A DNA stretch of 64,000 nt from Deltaproteobacteria bacterium (GTDB lineage Bacteria > Desulfobacterota > Dissulfuribacteria > Dissulfuribacterales > QOAL01): contig JALXCD010000055.1 in assembly GCA_026991135.1 (NCBI GenBank), positions 5,089 to 69,088 on the forward strand. The letters run 5' to 3'. The notes beneath the pieces are model-generated. The model made no database searches. It was not told where the DNA came from and was given only the letters and a program-made list of their open reading frames with translations. Every line of letters starts with the position of its first letter. Within the stretch, counting starts at the first letter, position 1. Shown one piece after another: positions 38,070 through 47,435 of the stretch. A program made the translations under genes and the position numbers.

Positions 38070-39710
38070 CTATTTACACTTTTCCTTCCAGTTGACCTTG
38101 TAAAGGCCCATGAACCAGCGGGCTTCAGGGGAAGTAACTTTCTTTTGGATTTTACAGGCCTCTTCCCACGTGAGCACCCCTGTAATGTATTTTCCCTTTT
38201 GCATTTCCAGCCACTCAAGAGAGGTCTTTTCTACTGCCTGTTTAACTAGGTTGATATGTTTTTCTCTAACTAAAAAAGGTTTAAAAGATTCAATTATTTT
38301 GATTATCCGTTGGCAATCCTCAGATGTAAACTTTTTATCTCCAAGGAGAGAAAGTTGGGTGGGTTTTCCGATGCGGTCTACGAAATTTTTATAATCCTCT
38401 CCAGCGTAGGCTCCTTGAAGGTAGGCCATTGTTAGATCAGCGCCTTGCAGTATGGCATGAGTCAAAACTGCTCCTTGCAAGTTGGCGAACGATGGACTAG
38501 CCCCCTGCAAGTTGGCACCCCTAGTCCACTGAAAGCCGGCAAAAAATATCATAAACCTTAGAAACTCGGCTTCCCCTAGCCTAGCCCCTTGCAAGTTGCC
38601 TGTCCTTAAATCGGCTCCCTGTAAGTTGACATCCATTAGCTCAGCCCCCTGCAAGTTGGCATTAAATAGACAAGCTTTCTTTAATTTGGCCGAGTTAAAA
38701 GAGGAGTATTGGAGCTGGCTTTTCCCTAAATTTACACCACGCAGGTTTGAACCGCTAAAGTCAAAATTAACCATCTTGCTATAGGACATATCTGCCATTA
38801 TGAAATTCCTGTTTCGCAAGTCCACCTTGGTTGTATAAAAAAGATAGGTTTTTTTTCGCTCTTCATTGTCCAGTTCCCGATAGGCCTTGGCTTCGTTTAG
38901 GTCAAAGTCTTCGTTGAGATTGCAGTGGGTCACTTCAAGGCGTGGCAATATTGCAAGTAAGAATTTCATTTGGTTGGGTTTTAGAAAACGTGATGGATAA
39001 TCTCGAAAGAGGAATGGGTACTGAAGAAAAAGACAAAAAAAGATGAAGAAAAGGATGAAAAAAAGTATAAAACCTGACCGGGTAGGCCCTAAGTTTAAAA
39101 GCCTCTTCAAACCGGAGTATTTATTTTTATGGATTAAAAGCGGGTCTATTATTAGGCACAGAATTAATAAAAACAAATGCCAAAATGTAAGAAAAACGCT
39201 TTGATAATCTGCAAAGCGAAAGAAAAAGACTGCCAATACCACGGGCGGAAAGAGATAGACCAGGAAATTTACACTCCACCTTACAATGCTGCTTGCGTCA
39301 AGATAAGGAGCATCCAGGATGGAAAAGGGAATTTCTCTAATCGTTTCACGAGGGATTTTTTCCAGTTCCTTGCAGTAGCGATCATGCATCCAGAGGACCC
39401 CAAAATGTAAGAGCAAGATAGCCAGGGGAGTAACGAAGTAAAAGGTGAGCAGGGGCAGGGAAATGCGAAGGCCAGGTATCTCTATGGGGCGTTCAAGGAG
39501 AAGATCGTAATCTGAAGTCCCCAGCACTGCAAGGAGGGCATAGGCGCAGAAGAGTGAAAAGAAGAGTATCCTTCTGGTATTATGCTTGGACTTTTCTGCC
39601 AGAAAAGCCCTTTTTTCTTGGATAGACAGTGTGGCTTTTTGCTGACTAGGTCCTGAATTTTTGGGAAGTTGTAAGGGCCTTGGTCTAAATCTGGACTTTA
39701 GAAAACGCAA
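38070..39710 (-). CDS. Polytopic membrane protein with C-terminal pentapeptide-repeat domain
   Basis: About five hydrophobic helices in aa 48-235, then a run of A(D/N)LxG-type pentapeptides (NANLQGAELMDVNLQGADLRTGNLQGARL ... ANLQGAVLTHAILQGADLTMAYLQGA). TTG start. Confidence 0.7.
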   Translation of the reverse strand: MRFLKSRFRPRPLQLPKNSGPSQQKATLSIQEKRAFLAEKSKHNTRRILFFSLFCAYALLAVLGTSDYDLLLERPIEIPGLRISLPLLTFYFVTPLAILLLHFGVLWMHDRYCKELEKIPRETIREIPFSILDAPYLDASSIVRWSVNFLVYLFPPVVLAVFFFRFADYQSVFLTFWHLFLLILCLIIDPLLIHKNKYSGLKRLLNLGPTRSGFILFFILFFIFFCLFLQYPFLFRDYPSRFLKPNQMKFLLAILPRLEVTHCNLNEDFDLNEAKAYRELDNEERKKTYLFYTTKVDLRNRNFIMADMSYSKMVNFDFSGSNLRGVNLGKSQLQYSSFNSAKLKKACLFNANLQGAELMDVNLQGADLRTGNLQGARLGEAEFLRFMIFFAGFQWTRGANLQGASPSFANLQGAVLTHAILQGADLTMAYLQGAYAGEDYKNFVDRIGKPTQLSLLGDKKFTSEDCQRIIKIIESFKPFLVREKHINLVKQAVEKTSLEWLEMQKGKYITGVLTWEEACKIQKKVTSPEARWFMGLYKVNWKEKCK

Positions 39711-39840
39711 CCCTTCCCTCCAGGGCTATAAAATCTTTTTAAATTTTATATCAACCTCATCTGAAAAAGTCATGTCCCTGCCCAAAGATTTTTCTCAAAA
39801 AAACCTAAAAAATCCTTTTAACCATTAAAACCTAAAAGAA

Positions 39841-40620
39841 TCAAAACACCCTTTCCTTGACCATATCTGAAAGTCCCTTAAAGGCCTCCTGCCTTTTTTC
39901 TGGATCTTCTATGTATTTCATTTCAGAAAGAAATTCATAGCCAAGGTCAACTGCCTTTTGGACAAAGGTCCTTTTGGCGTCTTGATCCCCATGGACGCCA
40001 TTTAATACAAGGAATTTTTCCTTTCCCCCAAAAAATGCCTCGGCCCTTTTTAGAATGGACTCATCAAGGCCATTTGTCATAAGGATGAGCTTTTGAGCCC
40101 TTGTGATAAGGCGTGCTGAAAGCTCCCCCAATCCAAAGGTCTCTATTACGGTTAGATCCTTGTAATTTTGGGCCTCATCCAGTAGCCTTTCTGCCAAGAT
40201 CGGCCCACCTAAGGCACCTGGCATAAGCTTTCCAAATACAAGCCTTTTTTGGCTATCTTCCATGTGAAATATGTTTCCAACCTGCATATTCATCATATTG
40301 AGGGCCTTTTGTGGGCAGTGTTCAGCACAGACCCCGCAGCCTTCACACTCCAGAGGATCGATCCAAAGATCGGCCTCACTTATGGCCCCAAGGGGACAGT
40401 TTTTGGCACAAAGTCCACAGGATACACAGACCATGTAATTTCTCATGGGGGCAGGGACTTGAAAGGGCTCCTTTTTCTTGATGTTCCCCTTAAAAAATTC
40501 CCTCAAGATTGGGACTTCAACATTTCCATCAACGAATGTGCCTTTGTCAATTTTTTTCATAAGGCCCTTTATTAGCTCGGTCTTTCCACTTCCTGGGTTT
40601 CCAAATACTGCGATCTCCAT
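39841..40620 (-). CDS. Divergent P-loop/2x[4Fe-4S] protein related to the MinD-ferredoxin pair at 30.6-32.3 kb
   Basis: GNPGSGKT Walker A (no signature KGG lysine), CVSCGLCAKNCP and CEGCGVCAEHCP. The DxPPGxGCP block is replaced by IETFGLGELS. Confidence 0.65.
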   Translation of the reverse strand: MEIAVFGNPGSGKTELIKGLMKKIDKGTFVDGNVEVPILREFFKGNIKKKEPFQVPAPMRNYMVCVSCGLCAKNCPLGAISEADLWIDPLECEGCGVCAEHCPQKALNMMNMQVGNIFHMEDSQKRLVFGKLMPGALGGPILAERLLDEAQNYKDLTVIETFGLGELSARLITRAQKLILMTNGLDESILKRAEAFFGGKEKFLVLNGVHGDQDAKRTFVQKAVDLGYEFLSEMKYIEDPEKRQEAFKGLSDMVKERVF

Positions 40621-41429
40621 TATGCACCTCCTGAAAGCCTTAATGTCTTTTCAAATGCTTCCTGAACATTAGGGTCCTTTTCCTGAAGGGTGTCACTTCC
40701 AAGGTCTTGGATAAAGGGAACGAAAAGGCCTGTCAGATTAAGGCCATCAATTTCCTGGCTGATATCTTCAGGAAACCTTTTTCCAATAAAGACAACTGCC
40801 CCTGGCATATCAAAGCCCTGAACAATCTGGCCAAAGGTATTTATTTCATCTTTCACCCCTTGATGGTCTGAAGTTACAAGCAAAAAGGTGTCTGCATCCT
40901 TTATGGCCTTAAGACTCATGGCCCCTAGGCCCAAGGGGGCCTTAAGAACGGCATTTTTCCCTTCTATTGGATGGCTTTCCTTAATTTCTTTGATAAGCCC
41001 GCCTTCCCAGGCATCGCCAGAAGAAAGCCTTCCTGCAAAAAAGGAAATATTTCCGTCCTTTCCGCTTCCGATTTGGCCGGATTCCATTTCTTCAAAATAG
41101 ATGGCACCCTTGGGACAGACCTCCTTACAATGGCCGCAGCCACGGCAAAAATAGGGTTTCCTAGTAACCCTTCCGTTTTCCTTTAGGATTGCACCAAAGT
41201 TACAGGCCTCAAAACACCTTCCGGAAAGGTCGCATTTTTTGTGGTCAACCCTTGAGACCTTTCTTTTTACAGTCTTTTCATTCCACGGATAAAAGGAGAT
41301 GAGCTTTGGATTTGATACATCCAATTCATAAAGGGAAACCTCTTCCCTTTTGGCCCAAAAGCTTGCAAGACTCCGTGTAAAGGTGCTTCGGCCAATATTT
41401 CCCCTGACTGCCAATATTCCAATGATCAT
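40620..41429 (-). CDS. Divergent, probably ATPase-dead MinD-ferredoxin paralogue
   Basis: Walker A position reads VRGNIGRST. CDLSGRCFEAC has its second Cys replaced by Ser. CRGCGHCKEVCP is intact. LKAPLGLGAMS replaces LDAPPGTSCPV. Collinear with the 30578-31414 product (FFAGRLSSGDAWEGGLIKEIK vs FFMGRLRVGEAMSSPLIKELK). Confidence 0.65.
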   Translation of the reverse strand: MIIGILAVRGNIGRSTFTRSLASFWAKREEVSLYELDVSNPKLISFYPWNEKTVKRKVSRVDHKKCDLSGRCFEACNFGAILKENGRVTRKPYFCRGCGHCKEVCPKGAIYFEEMESGQIGSGKDGNISFFAGRLSSGDAWEGGLIKEIKESHPIEGKNAVLKAPLGLGAMSLKAIKDADTFLLVTSDHQGVKDEINTFGQIVQGFDMPGAVVFIGKRFPEDISQEIDGLNLTGLFVPFIQDLGSDTLQEKDPNVQEAFEKTLRLSGGA

Positions 41430-41586
41430 TTTTTCCTCCTGAATCTAAGGGCGTCTTTTAAAACAAAAAGCGCCTAATTTAGTGATTTTTTTTAAGAAAA
41501 TGGGTAAAAAGGCCCTGGGAGTCAATACCCTTTTGAAAATTTTTTTAGGAATTAAAAGGATAAGGGAGATTTCAAAAAGGAAGGGA

Positions 41587-42288
41587 TTAGTTTTTTAAGT
41601 ATCCTGCCCTTTTTAATCGCTCAATTACCTCTTCTGGCTCTAGATCATACCAGTTGAGATAGGCATCTGCCACGGCATAGTAGAAACCGCCCCTTATGTT
41701 TGGGCAAAATATTTCGTCTGCCTCCTCTTTAAGCCTGTCGATGGCAGTGTCTGAACCCGTTGGGGCAGAGACCACAACCCTTTTGGCCCCGCCCCTTTTT
41801 ACTCCCCTTATGACAGCAAGGGTGGTAAAGCCAGAGGCAAGGCCGTCATCGGCAATGATAACGGTTTTTCCTGAAAAGTCGGGAAGGGGGCGTCCGTCTC
41901 TAAAGAGCCTGTTTCTCTTTTCTAGCTCCTTTCTTGTCCGCTCTATCTGCCACTCCACCTGCTGAGGCGTAATTCCAAGACGGTCTATGAGCTCTTGGTT
42001 GAGATAAAGGCCACCGGTAAAGCTTAGGGAGCCCATGCCTGCCTCAGGATTTCCCGGAATCTGTATCTTTCTTACAATGAAAAGATCAAGGGGAAGGTTA
42101 AGGTCTTTGGATATGGCTATTGCAATAGGGACTCCGCCAGAAGGTATCCCTAGGACCAGGGTGTCTGGGGCATCCCTATAGTAGGACTCCATCATCCTTG
42201 CCAAAAAGAGCCCTGCCTCGTCCCGGTCTTTAAATACATGGGTCTTGTTTCTGAGGGTTGGAATTTCAAAGACCTTTGCGCCTTTCAT
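41587..42288 (-). CDS. Phosphoribosyltransferase-domain protein
   Basis: FKDRDEAGLFLA N-terminus and PRPP-binding loop VIIADDGLASGFT. Substrate unknown. Confidence 0.7.
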   Translation of the reverse strand: MKGAKVFEIPTLRNKTHVFKDRDEAGLFLARMMESYYRDAPDTLVLGIPSGGVPIAIAISKDLNLPLDLFIVRKIQIPGNPEAGMGSLSFTGGLYLNQELIDRLGITPQQVEWQIERTRKELEKRNRLFRDGRPLPDFSGKTVIIADDGLASGFTTLAVIRGVKRGGAKRVVVSAPTGSDTAIDRLKEEADEIFCPNIRGGFYYAVADAYLNWYDLEPEEVIERLKRAGYLKN

Positions 42289-42358
42289 GGAAGAAAAGAG
42301 TTAATAGGGGAGCTGTATTTACCTGCGGTCATTTTGACTCTAAAAGTAACAAAAGACT

Positions 42359-42435
<77 letters not shown>

Positions 42436-42657
42436 GTCGGTTAAAGATTACATTTGCTCTATAACCATTTTTTTTCTTATTGTAAAGATTGTGACTTTCC
42501 TCATCAAGGGTTGTCGATAACTCGGCTGTTGAAAAACGCGAATAAAAGGTAAGAAATTATCAATAGTTTTTATGTCATTCCTAGAGAATTTATTCATTAA
42601 TATCTTTAAAAGTTCTTTTTTTGTATTAGAATTTGAACTGGTCAAGGAGGTAAAGAC

Positions 42658-43137
42658 ATGAAGGTAGAAAATGATACGGTTGTAGAAATTCAATATATGC
42701 TTCAGGTAAAGGATGGAGCAACACCACCAGAGCTTTCAAAGGTTTTTCAGGCAAGGTTTTTGTATGGAAGGGAGCCTGTGATACCAGCTTTGGAGAAGGC
42801 AATACTTGGTTTAGAAAGTGGTGAGGAAGTGGAAGTAACTATCCCCCCTGAACAGGGGTTTGGCCACTATGATGAAAAGCTTGTTAATGAGATCCCAAAA
42901 TCCGATCTCAAAAGGCCAGAGGCCCTTAAAGAAGGTGAAATATACGAAGAAATTGCTAGCCATGGGCACCCCGTTCGTTTCATGGTCAAGGAGATTAAGG
43001 ACGATAGTGTAGTGGCAGATTTTAATCATCCTGCTGCCGGAAAGGACCTTATCCTTAAGGCAAGGGTTTTATCTGTCCGGGCTGCAAACGCAATGGACAT
43101 CCTGAGGGCTATAAATCTGAGTAGAGGCGGGGGGTGA
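42658..43137 (+). CDS. slyD: FKBP-type peptidyl-prolyl cis-trans isomerase (SlyD-like)
   Basis: VVEIQYMLQVKDG, LEKAILGLESGEEVEVTIPPEQGFG, insert-in-flap region, FNHPAAGKDL. AAGGAGG SD. Confidence 0.8.
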   Translation: MKVENDTVVEIQYMLQVKDGATPPELSKVFQARFLYGREPVIPALEKAILGLESGEEVEVTIPPEQGFGHYDEKLVNEIPKSDLKRPEALKEGEIYEEIASHGHPVRFMVKEIKDDSVVADFNHPAAGKDLILKARVLSVRAANAMDILRAINLSRGGG

Positions 43138-44636
43138 GCCTGCTAAAGGCAGGGGATAGTTTATCCCCCATAAATTTATCCTTAAAAAAGGGGCGAAAGG
43201 CCCCTTTATTCTTTAAATTTAAAAGGTTTGTCAGGGACCATGCCCTTCTTAAAAGAGGGGCATCTGTAATTGTTGCCGTTTCAGGCGGACCTGATTCCAT
43301 CTGTCTTTTGTCTCTCCTTTATAATTTTGCTCTAGAATACAATCTGAAGCTTTTAGTGGCCCATGTGGATCACATGTTGAGAGGCAAAGAGTCAGCCTTT
43401 GAGGCCGAGTTTGTTGAAAGGATCTGCAAGCAAAATGAAATCCCCTTTTTCATAAAAAGGGTGGATGTAAAGAACTTTATGATGTCAAACAAAGGGTTGA
43501 GTGTCCAAGAGGCCTGCCGGAAGCTAAGATATGAATTTTTCTTTGAACTTAAGAGGGAGCAGGAAATAGATCTTATAGCAACAGGCCATACGGCCTCTGA
43601 TCAGGCAGAAGAGGTGCTTTTTAGGCTCATTCGTGGTGCAAGCCTTGAAGGCATATCTGGAATAAGGCCAAAAAGAAAGGATGGTGTTATAAGGCCAATT
43701 CTTTTTGCCAAAAGAGAAGAGATCTTAGAATTTTTAGAAGATTTGGACTTACACTATGTAATAGATTCTAGCAACTTAGAGGAAAAATATACAAGAAATA
43801 AATTTCGACTATGGCTTATTAAAGAGATTCAAAGAGAATTTAACCCTTCTTTGACAGATACGCTTTTAAGGACATCTCTTTTGCTCCAGGAAGATGAAGA
43901 CCTTTTGACCCTTTTGGCAGAAAAGGTACTGGTGAAGTGTGAAAAACGCCTATCTGTGTCAGGGGTATTTGCCCTTGACATCCCCAGCCTTTTAAAGAAG
44001 CATCCTTCCATTAGAAGGCGAATCTATAAGATGATCCTCTTTGATCTTGGTCTTCATGGGGGAAATTTGCTCATAGATCATTTTTTAAAGATAGATTCTC
44101 TCTCTCAGGCAAAGAGGCCTTCCAGTATTTATTATTTGCCACAGGGTTTTATTGTCTTAAGAGAATACAATACCTTGTTTTTTTTAAAAAAAGACGAAAT
44201 CAATTCTATTGAAAGAGGAATAGAGATTAGGATCGATGGTCCTCAAAAAATTGAACTTGGCAGGGATCTTGGCTCCCTTACTATCAAGAAAGTAAAAATC
44301 CACAATAGTTCCATATTTAAAGAAAAAGGCCGGGGGCTTTTTATTAGCAGGGATGCCCTGAAATTTCCTATTTTAATTAGGCAAAGAAGGCCGGGCGACC
44401 GGTTTCGACCCCTTGGTCTAAAAGAATCTATCAGGCTGAAAAAGTTTTTTATAAACAGGAAGGTCCCGAGGATCTTGAGGGATTTTATTCCACTTATTGT
44501 AGATGAACACGGAGATATTCTGGCCATTTGTAACATTGAAGTCAGTGATGGGGCCAAGGTAAAAGACAAAGATGCATATTTTATATGCTGGGAGCCTTCC
44601 CCGCTTTTAAAGGGGCTTTGGCAAGGCGCTACTTAG
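43134..44636 (+). CDS. tilS: tRNA(Ile)-lysidine synthetase
   Basis: PP-loop VAVSGGPDSICLL, VAHVDHMLRG, HTASDQAEEVLFRL. GTG start overlapping the slyD stop. Confidence 0.88.
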   Translation: MSLLKAGDSLSPINLSLKKGRKAPLFFKFKRFVRDHALLKRGASVIVAVSGGPDSICLLSLLYNFALEYNLKLLVAHVDHMLRGKESAFEAEFVERICKQNEIPFFIKRVDVKNFMMSNKGLSVQEACRKLRYEFFFELKREQEIDLIATGHTASDQAEEVLFRLIRGASLEGISGIRPKRKDGVIRPILFAKREEILEFLEDLDLHYVIDSSNLEEKYTRNKFRLWLIKEIQREFNPSLTDTLLRTSLLLQEDEDLLTLLAEKVLVKCEKRLSVSGVFALDIPSLLKKHPSIRRRIYKMILFDLGLHGGNLLIDHFLKIDSLSQAKRPSSIYYLPQGFIVLREYNTLFFLKKDEINSIERGIEIRIDGPQKIELGRDLGSLTIKKVKIHNSSIFKEKGRGLFISRDALKFPILIRQRRPGDRFRPLGLKESIRLKKFFINRKVPRILRDFIPLIVDEHGDILAICNIEVSDGAKVKDKDAYFICWEPSPLLKGLWQGAT

Positions 44637-44725
44637 TAAAAAATCTTTATTTTTAGTTGCATTTGCACCAATGCTTTGGTTATTTTAAAAGGCTAAACTA
44701 TTTTTATAGTACGGAGGAACAGTAT

Positions 44726-46567
44726 TTGAATACTTTTTATAAAAATTTGAGTCTCTGGCTTGTAATTGGCCTTGTAGTTGTATTTTTATTCAATCTTTTT
44801 AATAAACCCCAGACAAATATTCAGGAGATTTCCTATACGGATTTTTTAAATTATGTGGAAAAAGGGCAGATTGCAAAGGTTGTTATACAAAACGAAAAGG
44901 TAGAAGGCTTTTTTATAAATCAACAAAAATTTCGCACTGCTATTCCATTTCAAGACAAGGATCTTATTCCAGAATTAAAGAAAAAGGGTGTTGTAATTCA
45001 GGTTAAGCCTGTTGAAGAAACCCCTTGGTATCTGACCCTTTTGATTTCATGGTTTCCCATGCTCCTTCTAATTGGCGTATGGATATTTTTTATGCGACAG
45101 ATGCAAACCGGAGGCGGAAGGGCCATGTCCTTTGGAAGGAGCAAGGCCAAGATGTTGAGTAGCGAAAATATTAAGGTCACCTTTAAGGATGTGGCAGGGG
45201 TTGAAGAGGCAAAGGAAGAGCTGGCCGAAGTCATAGATTTTTTGAAAGATCCAAAGAAATTCACAAAGCTTGGAGGAAGGATTCCAAAAGGAGTTCTTCT
45301 TGTGGGCCCTCCAGGAACCGGTAAGACCCTTCTTGCAAAGGCCATTGCAGGTGAGGCAGGGGTTCCTTTTTTTAGTATAAGCGGTTCCGACTTTGTTGAG
45401 ATGTTTGTCGGTGTTGGTGCTAGCAGAGTAAGGGATCTCTTTCTTCAGGCCAAAAAACATGCACCTTGCATAATTTTCATTGATGAGATCGACGCAGTGG
45501 GAAGGCACAGAGGTGCTGGCCTTGGTGGAGGTCATGATGAGAGGGAACAGACTCTAAACCAGCTTTTGGTGGAGCTGGATGGCTTTGAGACATCTGAAGG
45601 GGTAATCGTCATCTCTGCAACAAACAGGCCCGATGTCCTTGATCCAGCCCTTTTGAGGCCAGGCAGATTTGACAGACAAGTTGTAGTACCAGTTCCGGAT
45701 GTGAAGGGAAGGGAAGAGATACTTAAGGTCCATGCCAAAAAGGTACCTCTGGCAGAAGATGTGGATATTTCAGTTCTTGCAAAGGGTACTCCGGGTTTTT
45801 CTGGCGCGGACCTTGAAAATCTCGTAAATGAGGCAGCTCTTCTAGCAGCACGGGCCAATAAAACCAAGGTTGATATGAGTGATTTTGAAAAGGCCAAGGA
45901 CAAGGTCCTCATGGGTGTTGAAAGAAAAAGCGCCATTATGTCTGACAAGGAAAAAAAGATTACTGCATACCACGAGGCAGGCCATTGCCTTGCTGCAAAG
46001 CTTCTTCCAGGTGCGGACCCTGTCCATAAGGTCACTATTATACCCAGAGGGCGGGCCCTTGGGGTTACACAACAACTTCCAGAGGACGAGCGTCATACCT
46101 ACTCACGTTCTTACCTTTTGAATAACTTGGTTATTCTCCTTGGTGGAAGGGTGGCAGAAGAAATAATCTTTCAGGACTATACAACTGGGGCAGGCAATGA
46201 CATAGAAAGGGTCTCTTCCCTTGCGCGAAAGATGGTGTGTGAATGGGGCATGAGTGACGATCTAGGCCCCATTGCCTTTGCAAAGCAGAATGAAGAGGTC
46301 TTTTTGGGAAGAGACTTTGGACATGTGCGTGAATATAGTGAGGCCACAGCCAGAAAGATAGACGAGGCAATAGAAAAGATTGTAAAGAATGCATATGATA
46401 AGACCTATAGTCTTTTGACCGAAAATATCAATTGTCTCCACAATATTGCAAATGCCCTTCTGGAAAAGGAAACCTTAGACGCAAAAGAAATTGACGAAAT
46501 AATGACTAGATGCCGAGGAGAAGACAAAGGAGAAAATGTGGGAAATCAGGAAAGTGGGGTAAGTTGA
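44726..46567 (+). CDS. ftsH: ATP-dependent zinc metalloprotease FtsH
   Basis: [19 protein letters not shown] region, HEAGH zinc motif. I placed the start at TTG 44726 ([14 protein letters not shown]), 7 nt after GGAGGA, rather than the upstream TTG at 44657. Confidence 0.95.
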   Translation: MNTFYKNLSLWLVIGLVVVFLFNLFNKPQTNIQEISYTDFLNYVEKGQIAKVVIQNEKVEGFFINQQKFRTAIPFQDKDLIPELKKKGVVIQVKPVEETPWYLTLLISWFPMLLLIGVWIFFMRQMQTGGGRAMSFGRSKAKMLSSENIKVTFKDVAGVEEAKEELAEVIDFLKDPKKFTKLGGRIPKGVLLVGPPGTGKTLLAKAIAGEAGVPFFSISGSDFVEMFVGVGASRVRDLFLQAKKHAPCIIFIDEIDAVGRHRGAGLGGGHDEREQTLNQLLVELDGFETSEGVIVISATNRPDVLDPALLRPGRFDRQVVVPVPDVKGREEILKVHAKKVPLAEDVDISVLAKGTPGFSGADLENLVNEAALLAARANKTKVDMSDFEKAKDKVLMGVERKSAIMSDKEKKITAYHEAGHCLAAKLLPGADPVHKVTIIPRGRALGVTQQLPEDERHTYSRSYLLNNLVILLGGRVAEEIIFQDYTTGAGNDIERVSSLARKMVCEWGMSDDLGPIAFAKQNEEVFLGRDFGHVREYSEATARKIDEAIEKIVKNAYDKTYSLLTENINCLHNIANALLEKETLDAKEIDEIMTRCRGEDKGENVGNQESGVS

Positions 46568-46574
46568 TTCATAA

Positions 46575-47435
46575 ATGACCCTAAATAAAATACTATGTAG
46601 GAATCATGAATTAGATCCCAACAGACAGACAATAATAATGGGGGTCCTTAATGTGACCCCTGACTCTTTTTCTGATGGAGGTCAATATCAGACAAAAGAA
46701 GATATAAAAAGGCAGGCTGAAAGACTCATAAATGATGGTGCCCACATAATAGACATAGGAGGTGAGTCAACCCGCCCTTTTTCAGAACCTGTTTCAGCTG
46801 AAGAAGAACTCAAAAGGGTAATTCCTGCCATTAAGACCATAAGGTCCTTTTCTTCCATCCCAATATCCATTGACACCACTAAGTCCGAGGTTGCAAGGGC
46901 TGCTCTTAATGAAGGTGCTGACATAGTGAATGACATAAGCGCCCTTCGTTTTGATGAAAATATGCCAGAACTTGTGTCAGAAAGGGAAGTTCCTATCATA
47001 TTGATGCACATGAAAGGGACTCCCAGAGACATGCAAGTGGCTCCTTTCTACAATGATGTGGTTAAAGAGATAAGAGAGTTTTTTGAAGAACGGATTGAAT
47101 TTTGTAAAAAGAATAATATCTCTCAGGAACAAATTATCCTTGATCCAGGCATAGGATTTGGAAAGAGATTTGAGGATAATCTTGACATAATCAATAACCT
47201 TTCTGAGTTTTTGGTACTTAACTGTCCCATTTTGGTAGGTCCCTCTAGAAAAGCCTTTTTAGGACAAATTACAGGCAAAAAGCAACCAGGAGACAGGGAC
47301 AATGCCACCTGCGGGGCAGTTGTAGCCTCCATTTTAAACGGGGCCTCCATGGTGAGGATCCACAATGTTTCAGCCATGCATGATGCAATAAAGGTGGCAG
47401 ATGCCTTGAGGAAAAGGGCCAGGGAGACAGATTGA
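46575..47435 (+). CDS. folP: Dihydropteroate synthase
   Basis: IMGVLNVTPDSFSDGG, IIDIGGESTRP, DPGIGFGK, VRIHNV. Confidence 0.93.
   Translation: MTLNKILCRNHELDPNRQTIIMGVLNVTPDSFSDGGQYQTKEDIKRQAERLINDGAHIIDIGGESTRPFSEPVSAEEELKRVIPAIKTIRSFSSIPISIDTTKSEVARAALNEGADIVNDISALRFDENMPELVSEREVPIILMHMKGTPRDMQVAPFYNDVVKEIREFFEERIEFCKKNNISQEQIILDPGIGFGKRFEDNLDIINNLSEFLVLNCPILVGPSRKAFLGQITGKKQPGDRDNATCGAVVASILNGASMVRIHNVSAMHDAIKVADALRKRARETD

Noticed and set aside
37958-38249. Two ORFs (86 aa minus, 91 aa plus) at the 3' end of the pentapeptide gene
   Set aside because: They are mutually overlapping, overlap the better-supported pentapeptide ORF out of frame, are basic and low-complexity, and have no motifs.
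38440-38680. Recurring ~19-nt units (…CCCTGCAAGTTGGC…) that superficially resemble a repeat array
   Set aside because: They lie inside one open reading frame and encode the ANLQGA pentapeptide units. Spacing is irregular (multiples of 15 nt with interruptions). This is coding repeat structure, not CRISPR or a non-coding array. It is reported only as a property of the gene.
42448-42693. 81-aa ORF on the minus strand between tRNA-Arg and slyD
   Set aside because: It lies in an AT-rich intergenic region, overlaps the slyD start and its SD, and has Asn/Ile/Phe/Lys-rich composition typical of AT-driven spurious ORFs.
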